From NCBI GenBank assembly GCA_963528875.1, contig CAURWT010000003.1, forward strand, positions 60,001 through 92,000: 32,000 nucleotides of DNA, in the 5' to 3' direction. Source of the stretch: an uncultured Candidatus Saccharimonas sp. Lineage in GTDB: Bacteria > Patescibacteriota > Saccharimonadia > Saccharimonadales > Saccharimonadaceae. Position numbers and translations under genes: made by a program. Below the pieces are notes generated by a model. It did not search any database, had not been told where the DNA came from, and was given only the letters and a program-made list of their open reading frames with translations. The stretch's first letter is position 1. Each line of letters begins with the position of its first letter. Below are positions 9,013 through 17,923 of this stretch, in pieces.

Positions 9013-9534
9013 ATGAAAAAGCATAATCTTTATCGGGGTTTTACGATTATTGAGGTTGTTTTAGTTCTTGCAATTGCTGGATTAATATTTATAATGATAT
9101 TTCTTGGGTTGCCAGTTTTACAACGCTCACAGAGAAACGAACAAAGAAAAAGAGACATGGGTGAAATTGCTGGAGCTATACAAAACTATCGATCGGCGAA
9201 TAAAGGAAGGATGCCAGAATCTTTTGAAAGTATCAAACCGTATATCAGGCAAGATATACGAGATCCTGATGGTGATGAATATGATATTGAAATCGATAGA
9301 TACGTTACCTATGGCAATATGGATACAAAAAACAGAAAAGCTAAGTTTGAATACCATATTAAGACTTATCATGGTAAAACTCAAGTTCGTATACATAAGG
9401 GATCGAGATGTGCCGAGGATGAAGGCTATATTTATCATGATGTGAAAGAAGGTCATGCAGCTGTTACTTTTAGATTAGAATCTGGAGATGGAAGTACTAC
9501 GCAAGGAGGTCATTACTACTGCTTAGATATTTAG
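9013..9534 (+). CDS. Type IV pilin / pseudopilin (prepilin-type N-terminal cleavage/methylation domain)
   Basis: Short basic leader MKKHNLYRG followed by FTIIEVVLVLAIAGLIFIMIFLGL, the class III signal G|FTxxE. There is a C-terminal Cys pair (GSRCAED ... YYCLDI). The upstream ATG at 8935 is rejected because a terminator and promoter lie between it and 9013. Confidence 0.85.
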   Translation: MKKHNLYRGFTIIEVVLVLAIAGLIFIMIFLGLPVLQRSQRNEQRKRDMGEIAGAIQNYRSANKGRMPESFESIKPYIRQDIRDPDGDEYDIEIDRYVTYGNMDTKNRKAKFEYHIKTYHGKTQVRIHKGSRCAEDEGYIYHDVKEGHAAVTFRLESGDGSTTQGGHYYCLDI

Positions 9535-9539
9535 CTTTC

Positions 9540-9568
9540 TTGCATTCTATCCAAAAATATTATAAAAT
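9540..9568 (+). promoter_or_regulatory. Promoter for uvrB: TTGCAT, 17 nt spacer, TAAAAT, placed 7 nt from the ATG (leaderless layout)
   Basis: TTGCAT at 9540-9545, TAAAAT at 9563-9568, ATG at 9576. No SD. Confidence 0.5.
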
Positions 9569-9575
9569 ATAAATA

Positions 9576-11552
9576 ATGAAATATCGCGAGTTTAAGTTAA
9601 AATCAAAATATCAACCCACAGGTGATCAGCCACAAGCAATTTCGCAATTAGTTGAAGGCTTAAAAAATGGTGAGTGTGAACAAACTTTGCTTGGTGTAAC
9701 TGGTTCGGGCAAAACTTTTACAATGGCGAATATTATTCAGGCGGTTCAAAAGCCAACTTTAATTTTGGCGCATAATAAAACTCTTGCTGCACAGCTTTAC
9801 AGTGAATTTAAAAAGTTTTTCCCTGAAAATGAAGTTCATTATTTTGTGAGCTATTTTGATTATTATCAGCCTGAAGCTTACATTGCCAGTACAGATACAT
9901 ATATCGAGAAAGACTCACGAATTAATGAAGAAATCGAAAAACTCCGCCATGCCGCAACCGAGGCACTTTTAACTCGAAGCGACACGATTATTGTTTCGAG
10001 TGTGAGTTGTATTTATGGCATCGGTTCGCCGGCGAGTTATATGCAAATGGCGCTTCATATTAAGCCTGGAATGCGATATAATCGTGAGAAGTTTTTGCGA
10101 CACCTGAAAGATATTCAATATGAGCGAAATGATGTGGATTTTGCACGTGGAACTTTTCGGGTTCGTGGTGACACGGTTGATATTTTTACGGCTGGCTCAG
10201 ATTTAGCGGTGCGAGTGGAATTTTTTGGTGATGAAATTGACCGCTTGATTATATTGAATCCACTTACGGGCGAAATTCTAGAAAAGCCACAGTTTTTTGA
10301 TATTTTTCCAAATTCACATTATGCTACGCCAAAGGAAATTATTGATCGAGCGATTCCACAAATTGAGAAGGAATTTTATGCACGCCACGAATATTTCGAA
10401 AAAAATAAGAAGTTTTTGGAAGCTCAACGCCTAACACAGCGCACTAAATATGATCTTGAAATGCTCCGCGAAACTGGTTTTGTCAAAGGTATCGAAAATT
10501 ACACGCGCTATTTAACTGAGCGTTCGGCTGGTGAACAACCGGCAACTTTGCTTGATTATTTTCCTGATGACTTTTTGCTTTTAGTTGATGAATCGCATAT
10601 GACTTTACCGCAAGTTCGTGGAATGTTTAATGGCGACCGTGCTCGCAAAACAGTTTTGGTGGATAATGGCTTTCGTTTGCCATCTGCTCTCGATAATCGG
10701 CCGCTAACTTTCGAAGAATTCTATAAACATATCAATCAGGCGATTTACGTTTCAGCAACTCCTGGTGATTTTGAACTCGAACATTCACTAAAACCAGCTC
10801 AGCAGGTAATTCGCCCAACAGGTTTGCTTGATCCTAAAATTGAAGTTCGAAAAATTGAAGGTCAAGTTGATGATTTGATGGAAGAAATTCGAAAGCGAAT
10901 TTCGAAAAATCAGCGTATTTTAGTGACGACTTTAACTAAGCGGATGGCGGAAGATCTGAGCGGATTTTTAGAAGAAAATGGTGTAAAAACGGCATACATT
11001 CATAGCGAAATTGACACGTTGGAGCGTGGTGATATTTTGCGTGATTTGCGCAGTGGCGTTTATGATGTTTTGGTAGGAATTAACCTTTTGCGTGAAGGCT
11101 TGGACTTGCCAGAGGTTAGTTTGGTTGCAATTATGGATGCCGATAAAGAAGGCTTTTTGCGCTCAGAAAGTGCGTTGATTCAAACAATTGGGCGGGCGGC
11201 TCGGCATGAGGATGGCAAGGTGATTATGTATGCTGATAAAATTACACGCTCAATGAAACTTGCAATTGATGAAACGAACCGTAGGCGAGAGATTCAGCAA
11301 AAATATAATTTCGAAAACGGAATTACGCCAAAAAGTGTGGCTAGTGAGATTGGTGAAGGTTTGCGTGCGATTATTCCGCAAAAAGATAAAAAACCAAAAT
11401 TGGATTTGCGAAAAATTCCGCGTGAAGAGTGGGAAAATTTGGTGCAAGATTTAACAAATCAAATGAATCTTGCAAGCGCAAACTTACTTTTCGAAGAAGC
11501 GGCAGATTTGCGCGACCAGATTGCGGAAATTCGAAAGAAGATGGCGAAATAG
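9576..11552 (+). CDS. uvrB: Excinuclease ABC subunit B
   Basis: GVTGSGKT Walker A, DESH box (LLVDESHMT), helicase motifs and a C-terminal UVR domain ([16 protein letters not shown]). Confidence 0.97.
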   Translation: MKYREFKLKSKYQPTGDQPQAISQLVEGLKNGECEQTLLGVTGSGKTFTMANIIQAVQKPTLILAHNKTLAAQLYSEFKKFFPENEVHYFVSYFDYYQPEAYIASTDTYIEKDSRINEEIEKLRHAATEALLTRSDTIIVSSVSCIYGIGSPASYMQMALHIKPGMRYNREKFLRHLKDIQYERNDVDFARGTFRVRGDTVDIFTAGSDLAVRVEFFGDEIDRLIILNPLTGEILEKPQFFDIFPNSHYATPKEIIDRAIPQIEKEFYARHEYFEKNKKFLEAQRLTQRTKYDLEMLRETGFVKGIENYTRYLTERSAGEQPATLLDYFPDDFLLLVDESHMTLPQVRGMFNGDRARKTVLVDNGFRLPSALDNRPLTFEEFYKHINQAIYVSATPGDFELEHSLKPAQQVIRPTGLLDPKIEVRKIEGQVDDLMEEIRKRISKNQRILVTTLTKRMAEDLSGFLEENGVKTAYIHSEIDTLERGDILRDLRSGVYDVLVGINLLREGLDLPEVSLVAIMDADKEGFLRSESALIQTIGRAARHEDGKVIMYADKITRSMKLAIDETNRRREIQQKYNFENGITPKSVASEIGEGLRAIIPQKDKKPKLDLRKIPREEWENLVQDLTNQMNLASANLLFEEAADLRDQIAEIRKKMAK

Positions 11553-11559
11553 GAAATTT

Positions 11560-11715
11560 ATGAAATTTATTAATCAAAAAGACAAGAAAGTTTTTAAAAT
11601 AATTGCGGTTTTGTTGCTCATCTTATGGAATTTAATTCTTTCGGCTGGAGTAATTTTTCTTCACCAAAGAATTAATAACGATATTAAGACTTCGGGCGAA
11701 ATTAATGTCGCTTAA
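11560..11715 (+). CDS. Small membrane protein (51 aa), hypothetical
   Basis: ATG 8 nt after the uvrB stop. One TM helix (IIAVLLLILWNLILSAGVIFL). Weak SD. Confidence 0.35.
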   Translation: MKFINQKDKKVFKIIAVLLLILWNLILSAGVIFLHQRINNDIKTSGEINVA

Positions 11716-11777
11716 ATGAATTTAATAAACGAGCTAAATCAACGAATCGAAAAACTTGAGAAAAAATAAACTCAGAG

Positions 11778-11800
11778 ACTTCCAATTTTTGGAAGTTTTT
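11778..11800 (+). terminator. Rho-independent terminator after the uvrB unit
   Basis: Hairpin ACTTCCA-atttt-TGGAAGT followed by TTTT. Confidence 0.7.
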
Positions 11801-11802
11801 AC

Positions 11803-11831
11803 TTTAAAAATCTTTCGAAAAGTGATATACT
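11803..11831 (+). promoter_or_regulatory. Promoter for the gatCAB operon: TTTAAA, 17 nt spacer, TGaTATACT, placed 7 nt from the ATG (leaderless layout)
   Basis: TG at 11823-11824, TATACT at 11826-11831, ATG at 11839. No SD. Confidence 0.5.
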
Positions 11832-11838
11832 TAAGTGT

Positions 11839-12132
11839 ATGGAAAAAATATCAAAAGATGAAGTTAAACACTTGGCAGAACTTTCGAGCATTTCGCTAAG
11901 TGAAGAAGAAATTTCGAATCTTCAAACTGATTTGGGGAATATTGTTGAATATATCGAGCAACTTAGCGAATTAAACACAGATGGCGTTGAACCAACTTAT
12001 TCGGTTTCAAAAAATCAAAATATTTGGCGAGAAGATAAAATTGATGATTGTGGTGTGAAACGAGATGAGCTTTTAAAGTTAGCGGGTGAAAATGTTGAAG
12101 ATAATCAGGTAAAAGTTCCAAAGGTTTTATAG
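11839..12132 (+). CDS. gatC: Asp-tRNA(Asn)/Glu-tRNA(Gln) amidotransferase subunit C
   Basis: 97 aa. The sequence VKHLAELSSISLSEEEI...L..IVEYIEQLSELNTDGVEPT is typical of GatC, and it sits directly upstream of gatA. Confidence 0.9.
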   Translation: MEKISKDEVKHLAELSSISLSEEEISNLQTDLGNIVEYIEQLSELNTDGVEPTYSVSKNQNIWREDKIDDCGVKRDELLKLAGENVEDNQVKVPKVL

Positions 12133-12139
12133 GAGAATT

Positions 12140-13540
12140 ATGACGAGTATTTTTGAAATTAGAGAGCAAGTTTTATCTGGAAAGAAAACTACAGTTGAGT
12201 TTGTTAAAGAAGCTATTTTGAAGGCAAAAAATGCTGAAAAATTCAATGCTTTTACGAGCTTGACCGAAGAGAGAGCTTTAGCGCGAGCGCAAGAAATTGA
12301 TGATAAGATTTCAAAAGGTGAAGAAGTTGGTGAGCTTGCAGGTGTTCCTTTTGTGGCGAAGGATAATTTTTTAGTATTTGGCTCACCTTCAACAGCCTCA
12401 AGTAAAATGTTGAAGGATTTCGAAACACCGATTCAAGCGACTGCAGTTGAAAAACTTGAAAAAGCTGGTGCAATTTGCATTGGAAAATCAAATTTGGACG
12501 CTTTTGCTCATGGTGGTTCAACCGAGAATTCAGCTTTTGGTGTAACTAAAAACTCAGTTGATGAAACGCGGGTTGCGGGTGGCTCATCTGGTGGTTCGGC
12601 GGTAATTACTGCGCTTGATATTGTACCATTTGCGCTCGGAACTGATACTGGAGGTTCAATTCGCCAGCCGGCAAGTTTTAACGGTGTCTATGGTGTAAAG
12701 CCAACTTATGGCACAGTTTCACGATTTGGTGTAGTGGCGATGGCTTCTTCAACTGATACAGTTGGTGTTTTTGCAAAAACTGCTAAAGAAAGTGACCTCG
12801 TGATGCGCATTATGGCTGGTCTTGACGCGCGTGATGCAATGACTTTGCCTGATTTTTGGCAAGAAGAGCAAGTCCCAAAAAAGGCAAAAATTGGAATAGT
12901 TAAAGAATTTCTCGATGAAGGTGTTGACCCAGAAGTTCGAAAAATAACTGAAGATTATATTGAAAAAATGCGAAAAGCTGGGCATGAGATCGTGGAAGTT
13001 TCTCTACCGATGAGTAAATATTCGCTTGCTATCTATTATATTATTGTTCCAGCTGAAGTTTCTTCAAACTTAGCACGATATGACGGAATTCGCTATGGCT
13101 TGCGTTCAAAATCCGCTCAAAACTTGAGTGAAGTTTTTGGCAAGTCTCGTGATGAAGGTTTTGAAGCCGAGAATAAACGCCGAATCATGATTGGCTCATA
13201 TGTGCTTTCGAGTGGATTTTATGATGCATATTATCTAAAAGCTCAAAAAGCGCGAACTTTATTAATTGATGAGTTTAATAAGCTTTTCGAAGAAGTTGAT
13301 TTTTTGATTGGCCCTGTTGCACCAACTCCAGCTTTTAAAATTGGTGAAAATATTCATGATCCAGTAAAAATGTATCTAGCTGATATCTTGAGCGTACCGG
13401 CTTCACTTGCTGGACTTCCTGCGGTTTCTGTTCCAGCTGGGAAAACTGAAAATGGCTTACCTGTTGGTGTTCAAATTATTGGAAAAATGGAATCGGACGC
13501 AAAAATTCTAGCTTTAGCTGATGAATTGGAGAAAAACTAA
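12140..13540 (+). CDS. gatA: Asp-tRNA(Asn)/Glu-tRNA(Gln) amidotransferase subunit A
   Basis: Amidase signature GGSSGGSA, plus GTDTGGSIRQPA and the KDN motif. Confidence 0.95.
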   Translation: MTSIFEIREQVLSGKKTTVEFVKEAILKAKNAEKFNAFTSLTEERALARAQEIDDKISKGEEVGELAGVPFVAKDNFLVFGSPSTASSKMLKDFETPIQATAVEKLEKAGAICIGKSNLDAFAHGGSTENSAFGVTKNSVDETRVAGGSSGGSAVITALDIVPFALGTDTGGSIRQPASFNGVYGVKPTYGTVSRFGVVAMASSTDTVGVFAKTAKESDLVMRIMAGLDARDAMTLPDFWQEEQVPKKAKIGIVKEFLDEGVDPEVRKITEDYIEKMRKAGHEIVEVSLPMSKYSLAIYYIIVPAEVSSNLARYDGIRYGLRSKSAQNLSEVFGKSRDEGFEAENKRRIMIGSYVLSSGFYDAYYLKAQKARTLLIDEFNKLFEEVDFLIGPVAPTPAFKIGENIHDPVKMYLADILSVPASLAGLPAVSVPAGKTENGLPVGVQIIGKMESDAKILALADELEKN

Positions 13541-13953
13541 TGGATTTAGTAATTCTTTCGGTTTCTATTTTGATTTGTGCTGGCCTTTTGTTTTTCTTTA
13601 TTGGAATTACAAAAACTGAAAAAATACAACTTGATAAATTAAAGTTTCAGGGCGATTGGCTAAAAATAGAAAATTCAATCAAAAAAGATGAACCTGCAAC
13701 TTGGCACTTGGCGTTAATTAATGCCGATAAACTTGTTGATACAGCGATGCGGGAGCTTCGAATTTCCGGCCAAACGATGGGTGAGCGGCTGAAGAATTCA
13801 AAAGATAAATTTTCAAGCCCGAATTCAATCTGGCACGCCCACAAACTTCGAAATGTGGTTGCACATGAGAATGATGCACAAATTAATTTCGACCAAACTC
13901 GCCGAGCAATGAATAGTTTTAAACAAGCTTTGAAAGATTTAGGAGCAATTTAA
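13540..13953 (+). CDS. Membrane-anchored hypothetical protein with a HEPN-like R-N-x-x-x-H motif, embedded in gatCAB
   Basis: TAATG overlaps with the gatA stop and with the gatB start. N-terminal TM helix (LVILSVSILICAGLLFFFIGI), then a ~100-aa helical domain ending in ...IWHAHKLRNVVAHENDAQI.... This fits the HEPN Rx4-6H motif with N after R and resembles DUF4145-type HEPN tails. Confidence 0.6.
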   Translation: MDLVILSVSILICAGLLFFFIGITKTEKIQLDKLKFQGDWLKIENSIKKDEPATWHLALINADKLVDTAMRELRISGQTMGERLKNSKDKFSSPNSIWHAHKLRNVVAHENDAQINFDQTRRAMNSFKQALKDLGAI

Positions 13954-15470
13954 TGGAAGATATTTTAAAAAAATATGAAATGACAATTGGGATTGAGTGC
14001 CATGTTCAGTTAAAAACTAAAACCAAGCTTTTTAGTGGAAGTGATAATGACGCGCGAGAAAAATCGCCGAATGAAGCAACTTCGCCAATTGATTTTGGTT
14101 TGCCAGGAATGTTGCCAGTTTTAAATAAAGAGGCGGTTCGCCTAGCTGTGCGAGCTGGAAAGGCATTAAATGCAAAAATTGCCAATGTGAGCCGATTTGA
14201 TCGTAAACATTATTTTTACCCAGATTTACCAAAGGGTTATCAAACGTCGCAACTTTATCAGCCGATTATTGGCGAAGGAGAGATTATTGCGCCACTTCCT
14301 AGCGGCGGTGAAGTAAAAGTTCGAATTGAACATGCTCATCTCGAAGAAGATGCTGGAAAGCTAACTCACTTTGGCGACCATTCTTTGGTTGATTTAAATC
14401 GAGCCGGAACTCCTTTAATTGAAATTGTTTCGATGCCTGATATTCATTCAGCTGAGGAGGCGCGAGCATATGCTGAAGAATTACATAAGCGAATGGTCTT
14501 TGCAGATGTTACAAACGGTGATTTATATCAAGGAAATATGCGTTTTGATGTGAATATCTCAGCGCGAAAAATTGGCGATGAAAAGCTTGGAACGCGAACT
14601 GAAATTAAGAATTTAAATAGTTTTAGAAGTGTTGAACGTGCAGCTCAATATGAATTCGAGCGCCAAGTGAGATTGCTTGAAAAAGGTGAGAAAATTAAGC
14701 AGGAAACTCGCGGTTGGCTTGACGACGAGCAAAAAACAGTTTCGCAACGAAGTAAAGAAGAGGCTCAAGATTACCGATACATGCCCGATCCAGACATCCC
14801 GCCGATTGTTTTAAGTGATGAAGAAATTTCGAAAATGCAAGCGCAATTTCCAATTATGCCAGATTATTTCCGTAAAAAATTTAGTGTTTTTGGGCTTGAT
14901 AGCTCTGTAGTTGAGTACGCTTTGAGCGATTATCGAATCGCAGAATTGCTCCTTGCAACTTGGGGTGATGGTCCTTGGGGGAAATCTCAAAGTGAACTTT
15001 ATAATTCTGCAGAAATTGAGGGCTACACTCTTGAAGAGCACAAAGAAAACATGAAGCGAATTTTCAACTGGTTTGCATCAACTCCAAGTGAAGAGCTTGA
15101 TTTAGAAAAACTTTATAAAGGTTATCTTGGTCCTCGTCGATTGACTCTTTTAGCTCATTTAGTTCAGGAAAAGAAAGTAAGCTCTAATGGTGGTCATCAA
15201 ATTTTCTTAGCAATGCTTGATGATGAAAATCTAGAGTTTATGCCAGAAAAGATTGCTGAAAAAATGAATTTACTTCAAGTTTCAGATGAGGGTGCTATTG
15301 CAAAAATTGTTGATGAAGTAATGAGTGATGCAGCTTCACAAAAAGCGATTGAAGATATTCGAAGCGGTAACGATAAAGCAATTGGTTTTTTGGTTGGTCA
15401 GATTATGAAAAAGTCGCAAGGTAAGGCGAATCCAGCTTTGGCACAAAAATTGATTCGTGAAAGGTTATAA
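13953..15470 (+). CDS. gatB: Asp-tRNA(Asn)/Glu-tRNA(Gln) amidotransferase subunit B
   Basis: Motifs YEMTIGIECHVQL, FDRKHYFYPDLPKGYQ.SQ and HLEEDAGK, plus a C-terminal GatB/YqeY domain (GFLVGQIMKKSQGKANP). Confidence 0.95.
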   Translation: MEDILKKYEMTIGIECHVQLKTKTKLFSGSDNDAREKSPNEATSPIDFGLPGMLPVLNKEAVRLAVRAGKALNAKIANVSRFDRKHYFYPDLPKGYQTSQLYQPIIGEGEIIAPLPSGGEVKVRIEHAHLEEDAGKLTHFGDHSLVDLNRAGTPLIEIVSMPDIHSAEEARAYAEELHKRMVFADVTNGDLYQGNMRFDVNISARKIGDEKLGTRTEIKNLNSFRSVERAAQYEFERQVRLLEKGEKIKQETRGWLDDEQKTVSQRSKEEAQDYRYMPDPDIPPIVLSDEEISKMQAQFPIMPDYFRKKFSVFGLDSSVVEYALSDYRIAELLLATWGDGPWGKSQSELYNSAEIEGYTLEEHKENMKRIFNWFASTPSEELDLEKLYKGYLGPRRLTLLAHLVQEKKVSSNGGHQIFLAMLDDENLEFMPEKIAEKMNLLQVSDEGAIAKIVDEVMSDAASQKAIEDIRSGNDKAIGFLVGQIMKKSQGKANPALAQKLIRERL

Positions 15471-15845
15471 GTGGAAGAAAAATTTGAATTTCAAGCTAAT
15501 TTTAATGGCGATAAAAATATTGCTGGTAGTTTGATTTTTTCAGCTAGTGGGATAGAGTTCTATGAAGATTTTGCTCTATCTCGCCCACTTGAGATCTATC
15601 TAAAACCGAATGAAATTCAAGAGATTAATTTTATTGATACTGCTGACGAAGTTTATCAGCCGGGAATTTTTCGAATTCTATTTTTAGGAATGTTAGCTTT
15701 TGGCCGCCCAAAAAATTGGCAGAAAAAATCTTGTCGAATTGAGGTTGAAATGCTCGATGGAAATCTTTATTATTTTACTATAAATGGATATTCTTCATTG
15801 GATATTCGAACTCAAGTAAACAAGATTGTGTCGGGATATTTTTAG
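15471..15845 (+). CDS. Hypothetical protein (124 aa)
   Basis: GTG start immediately after the gatB TAA. No recognisable family. Mixed beta-rich sequence with one hydrophobic stretch (GIFRILFLGMLAF). Confidence 0.45.
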   Translation: MEEKFEFQANFNGDKNIAGSLIFSASGIEFYEDFALSRPLEIYLKPNEIQEINFIDTADEVYQPGIFRILFLGMLAFGRPKNWQKKSCRIEVEMLDGNLYYFTINGYSSLDIRTQVNKIVSGYF

Positions 15846-15862
15846 ATTTTTTCAAAAAACTA

Positions 15863-15891
15863 TTGACATAAGAATTATTTTATGGTAAAAT
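15863..15891 (+). promoter_or_regulatory. Consensus promoter: TTGACA, 17 nt spacer, TGgTAAAAT, for the DUF948/YtxH-like pair
   Basis: TTGACA at 15863-15868, TG at 15883-15884, TAAAAT at 15886-15891. An A-rich leader of ~55 nt and a GGAGAAG SD precede ATG 15953. Confidence 0.7.
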
Positions 15892-15952
15892 ACAAAATAG
15901 ATTTGAATAAAATCAAAAAAAATAAAATAAAAAAAATTAAAAAAGGAGAAGA

Positions 15953-16210
15953 ATGAGCTCGGCTGCAGAAATATTAGTTGTTTTTCTTTCTATAGCTCTT
16001 GCAGTTTTCATCACGCTTGGAATTGTTACTTTTATTCTAGTAATTCGTGTAACTCGCCAAATTGGTGATGTTGCAGAAAAAATGCAAAATATAACAGCAA
16101 GTATTGATGGAATCGCACAAAATGTCGCTCAGGTGACTTCACCGATAATCATCGGAAAAACAATTTTTGACATTTTTAATAAATTTAAAACTAAAAAGGA
16201 GAAAAAATAA
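15953..16210 (+). CDS. Small membrane protein, DUF948-like
   Basis: N-terminal TM helix, then a helical tail. It is paired with and overlaps (TAATG) a YtxH-like gene, as in the Firmicutes ytxG/ytxH arrangement. Confidence 0.5.
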   Translation: MSSAAEILVVFLSIALAVFITLGIVTFILVIRVTRQIGDVAEKMQNITASIDGIAQNVAQVTSPIIIGKTIFDIFNKFKTKKEKK

Positions 16211-16548
16211 TGAGTAAAAAATTTGGATTAGGATTAGCTGTTGGTGCTTTAGTTGGTGCAGTTGCTGGAATTTTAACCGCTCCTAAAAGTGGCGAAGAAA
16301 CTCGAAAAGATTTAAAATTAAAAGCTAAAAAAGTTGCTGATGTAGCTACTCAAAAAACCGGTGAAGTTGCTGAAAACGCAGGAGAATTTGTTGAAGAAAC
16401 TAAAGAAAAAGTTACTGAATTTGCCGAAGGTGCTAAAAATAAAACTGGTGAAGTTGTAGAAAATGCAAAAAAAGAAGCTGGTAAAATTCAAAAACGTGCC
16501 CTAAATACTTTCGAAGGTGCTAAAAAAGGTTTTGAAAAGAAAGTTTAA
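16210..16548 (+). CDS. YtxH-domain protein (general-stress-like, Gly-zipper TM helix plus repetitive helical region)
   Basis: GLGLAVGALVGAVAGILTAPKSGEETRKDLK is the characteristic YtxH N-terminus. The rest consists of K/E-rich helical repeats. Confidence 0.7.
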   Translation: MSKKFGLGLAVGALVGAVAGILTAPKSGEETRKDLKLKAKKVADVATQKTGEVAENAGEFVEETKEKVTEFAEGAKNKTGEVVENAKKEAGKIQKRALNTFEGAKKGFEKKV

Positions 16549-16554
16549 TTATAG

Positions 16555-16585
16555 AAAATCGCTCAATCGAATTTGAGCGATTTTT
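16555..16585. terminator. Bidirectional terminator between the YtxH-like gene (+) and tyrS (-)
   Basis: Perfect 11-bp hairpin AAATCGCTCAA-tcgaat-TTGAGCGATTT with flanking A and T runs. Confidence 0.85.
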
Positions 16586-16591
16586 ATTTTA

Positions 16592-17800
16592 CTAGTCAAT
16601 GAGTGTGAAACTATTTTTACCTTTTTTGAGTAGGCCCTTTTCAGTTATTCGAATATCCTCTTGGAGTTTATTGCCGTTAAATGAAATTGAATTTGCTGAA
16701 ATTAACCTTTTGGCCTCACCTTTACTGTTAGCTAATTTTGTTTCGATCAATATTTCGCTAACAGTTTTATCTTTTGGAGTTACAGGAATTTCATATTTTA
16801 ATACTTCGATTTCAGCTTTAGTTAGATTTTCGAAAGCTTTTCCACCAAAGAGGACTTCTGTCGCAGAAATTACATTTTTTGCAACTTCTTCGCCATGAAC
16901 AATTTCTACAACATTTTTTGCTAATGCTTTTTGAGCAATTCGCAAGTGCTGATTCTCCTGATGATTTTTTTCGACTGTTTCAATCTCTTCTTTCGAAAGT
17001 GTTGTTAGAATTTTTAAGTATTCGAAAACACTTTGATCATCTGAGTTAAGAAGGAATTGATACATTTTGAATGGTGATGTTTTTGAAGCATCAAGCCATA
17101 AAGCTCCACCTTCTGACTTGCCGAATTTTCGGCCAGTTGAACGATTAATAAGGAGTGGTGCTGTCATTGCAAAAACTTCAGCGCCTTCTTTCTTTCGAAT
17201 TAAATTTACACCAGAAAGTAAATTTCCCCACTGATCGCTTCCTCCGATTTGAAGTGAAACGCCGTTATTTTTGTATAAATACCAAAAATCATAACCTTGA
17301 AGAAGAGTATAAGTAAATTCCGCAAAACTTAATCCGCTGCCATTATTTATTCTACTTTTGAAAAAATCTCGGCTTGTTAACTCCGCCATATTGAAATTTT
17401 TACCAATATCACGTAAAAAAGGTATTAACTCTATTTTCGAAAGCCAATCCGCATTATTTACCACTTCAAAATTTTGCCCAGCAAAAAGTTTCGAAACCTG
17501 AGATTTAAGAGCTTCGGTATTTTTAGCGACTATTTCAGGCGAGAGGAGTTGGCGCTCTTCAGTATCGCGCATATCACCAATCATTCCAGTACCACCACCA
17601 ATTAGAAGAACTACTTTGTGACCATGATCAAGAAATCGCCTAACCATCATATAAACACTTAAATGACCAATATGAAGGCTATCAGCGGAAGGATCAGCGC
17701 CAAGATAGATAGTTCGCTTTTCACCATCTAAAACTTTTGAATCTTGAAAAGTGGTTTGATTCCAGAAACCACGCCATTTTAGCTCCTCTGATAACTTCAT
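16592..17800 (-). CDS. tyrS: Tyrosine--tRNA ligase
   Basis: HIGH motif (SLHIGHL), KMSKS variant (KFGKS), GGSDQWGN, and a C-terminal S4-like domain. Confidence 0.95.
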   Translation of the reverse strand: MKLSEELKWRGFWNQTTFQDSKVLDGEKRTIYLGADPSADSLHIGHLSVYMMVRRFLDHGHKVVLLIGGGTGMIGDMRDTEERQLLSPEIVAKNTEALKSQVSKLFAGQNFEVVNNADWLSKIELIPFLRDIGKNFNMAELTSRDFFKSRINNGSGLSFAEFTYTLLQGYDFWYLYKNNGVSLQIGGSDQWGNLLSGVNLIRKKEGAEVFAMTAPLLINRSTGRKFGKSEGGALWLDASKTSPFKMYQFLLNSDDQSVFEYLKILTTLSKEEIETVEKNHQENQHLRIAQKALAKNVVEIVHGEEVAKNVISATEVLFGGKAFENLTKAEIEVLKYEIPVTPKDKTVSEILIETKLANSKGEAKRLISANSISFNGNKLQEDIRITEKGLLKKGKNSFTLID

Positions 17801-17884
17801 TTACTCTCCCATTATTATATTTTATTATTAACTATATTAACACAAAAAAAGCTTTTTTTCCAGTATTATAAAAATTAAAAAATC

Positions 17885-17913
17885 TTGAAAACCATAAGCA
17901 ATTGCGGTATAAT
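17885..17913 (+). promoter_or_regulatory. Promoter for the PBP gene: TTGAAA, 17 nt spacer, TATAAT, placed 10 nt from the ATG
   Basis: TTGAAA at 17885-17890, TATAAT at 17908-17913, ATG at 17924. No SD, so the leader would be at most a few nt. Confidence 0.5.
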
Positions 17914-17923
17914 TGAGTGTAAT

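Noticed and set aside
9104-9456. 113-aa (+) and 109-aa (-) ORFs overlapping the pilin gene
   Set aside because: They are alternative frames of a gene with a clear prepilin signal, and they have no start signals.
16599-16898. 99-aa plus-strand ORF opposite tyrS, and the similar 126-aa ORF (26133-26513) opposite the COG0523 gene
   Set aside because: Both are antisense to genes with clear catalytic motifs and their products are featureless hydrophobic sequences. They are artefacts.
17801-17923. Possible T-box riboswitch upstream of tyrS
   Set aside because: The minus-strand leader space is only about 100 nt and very AT-rich. I saw no specifier-loop, T-box or antiterminator structure. It is too short for a T-box.
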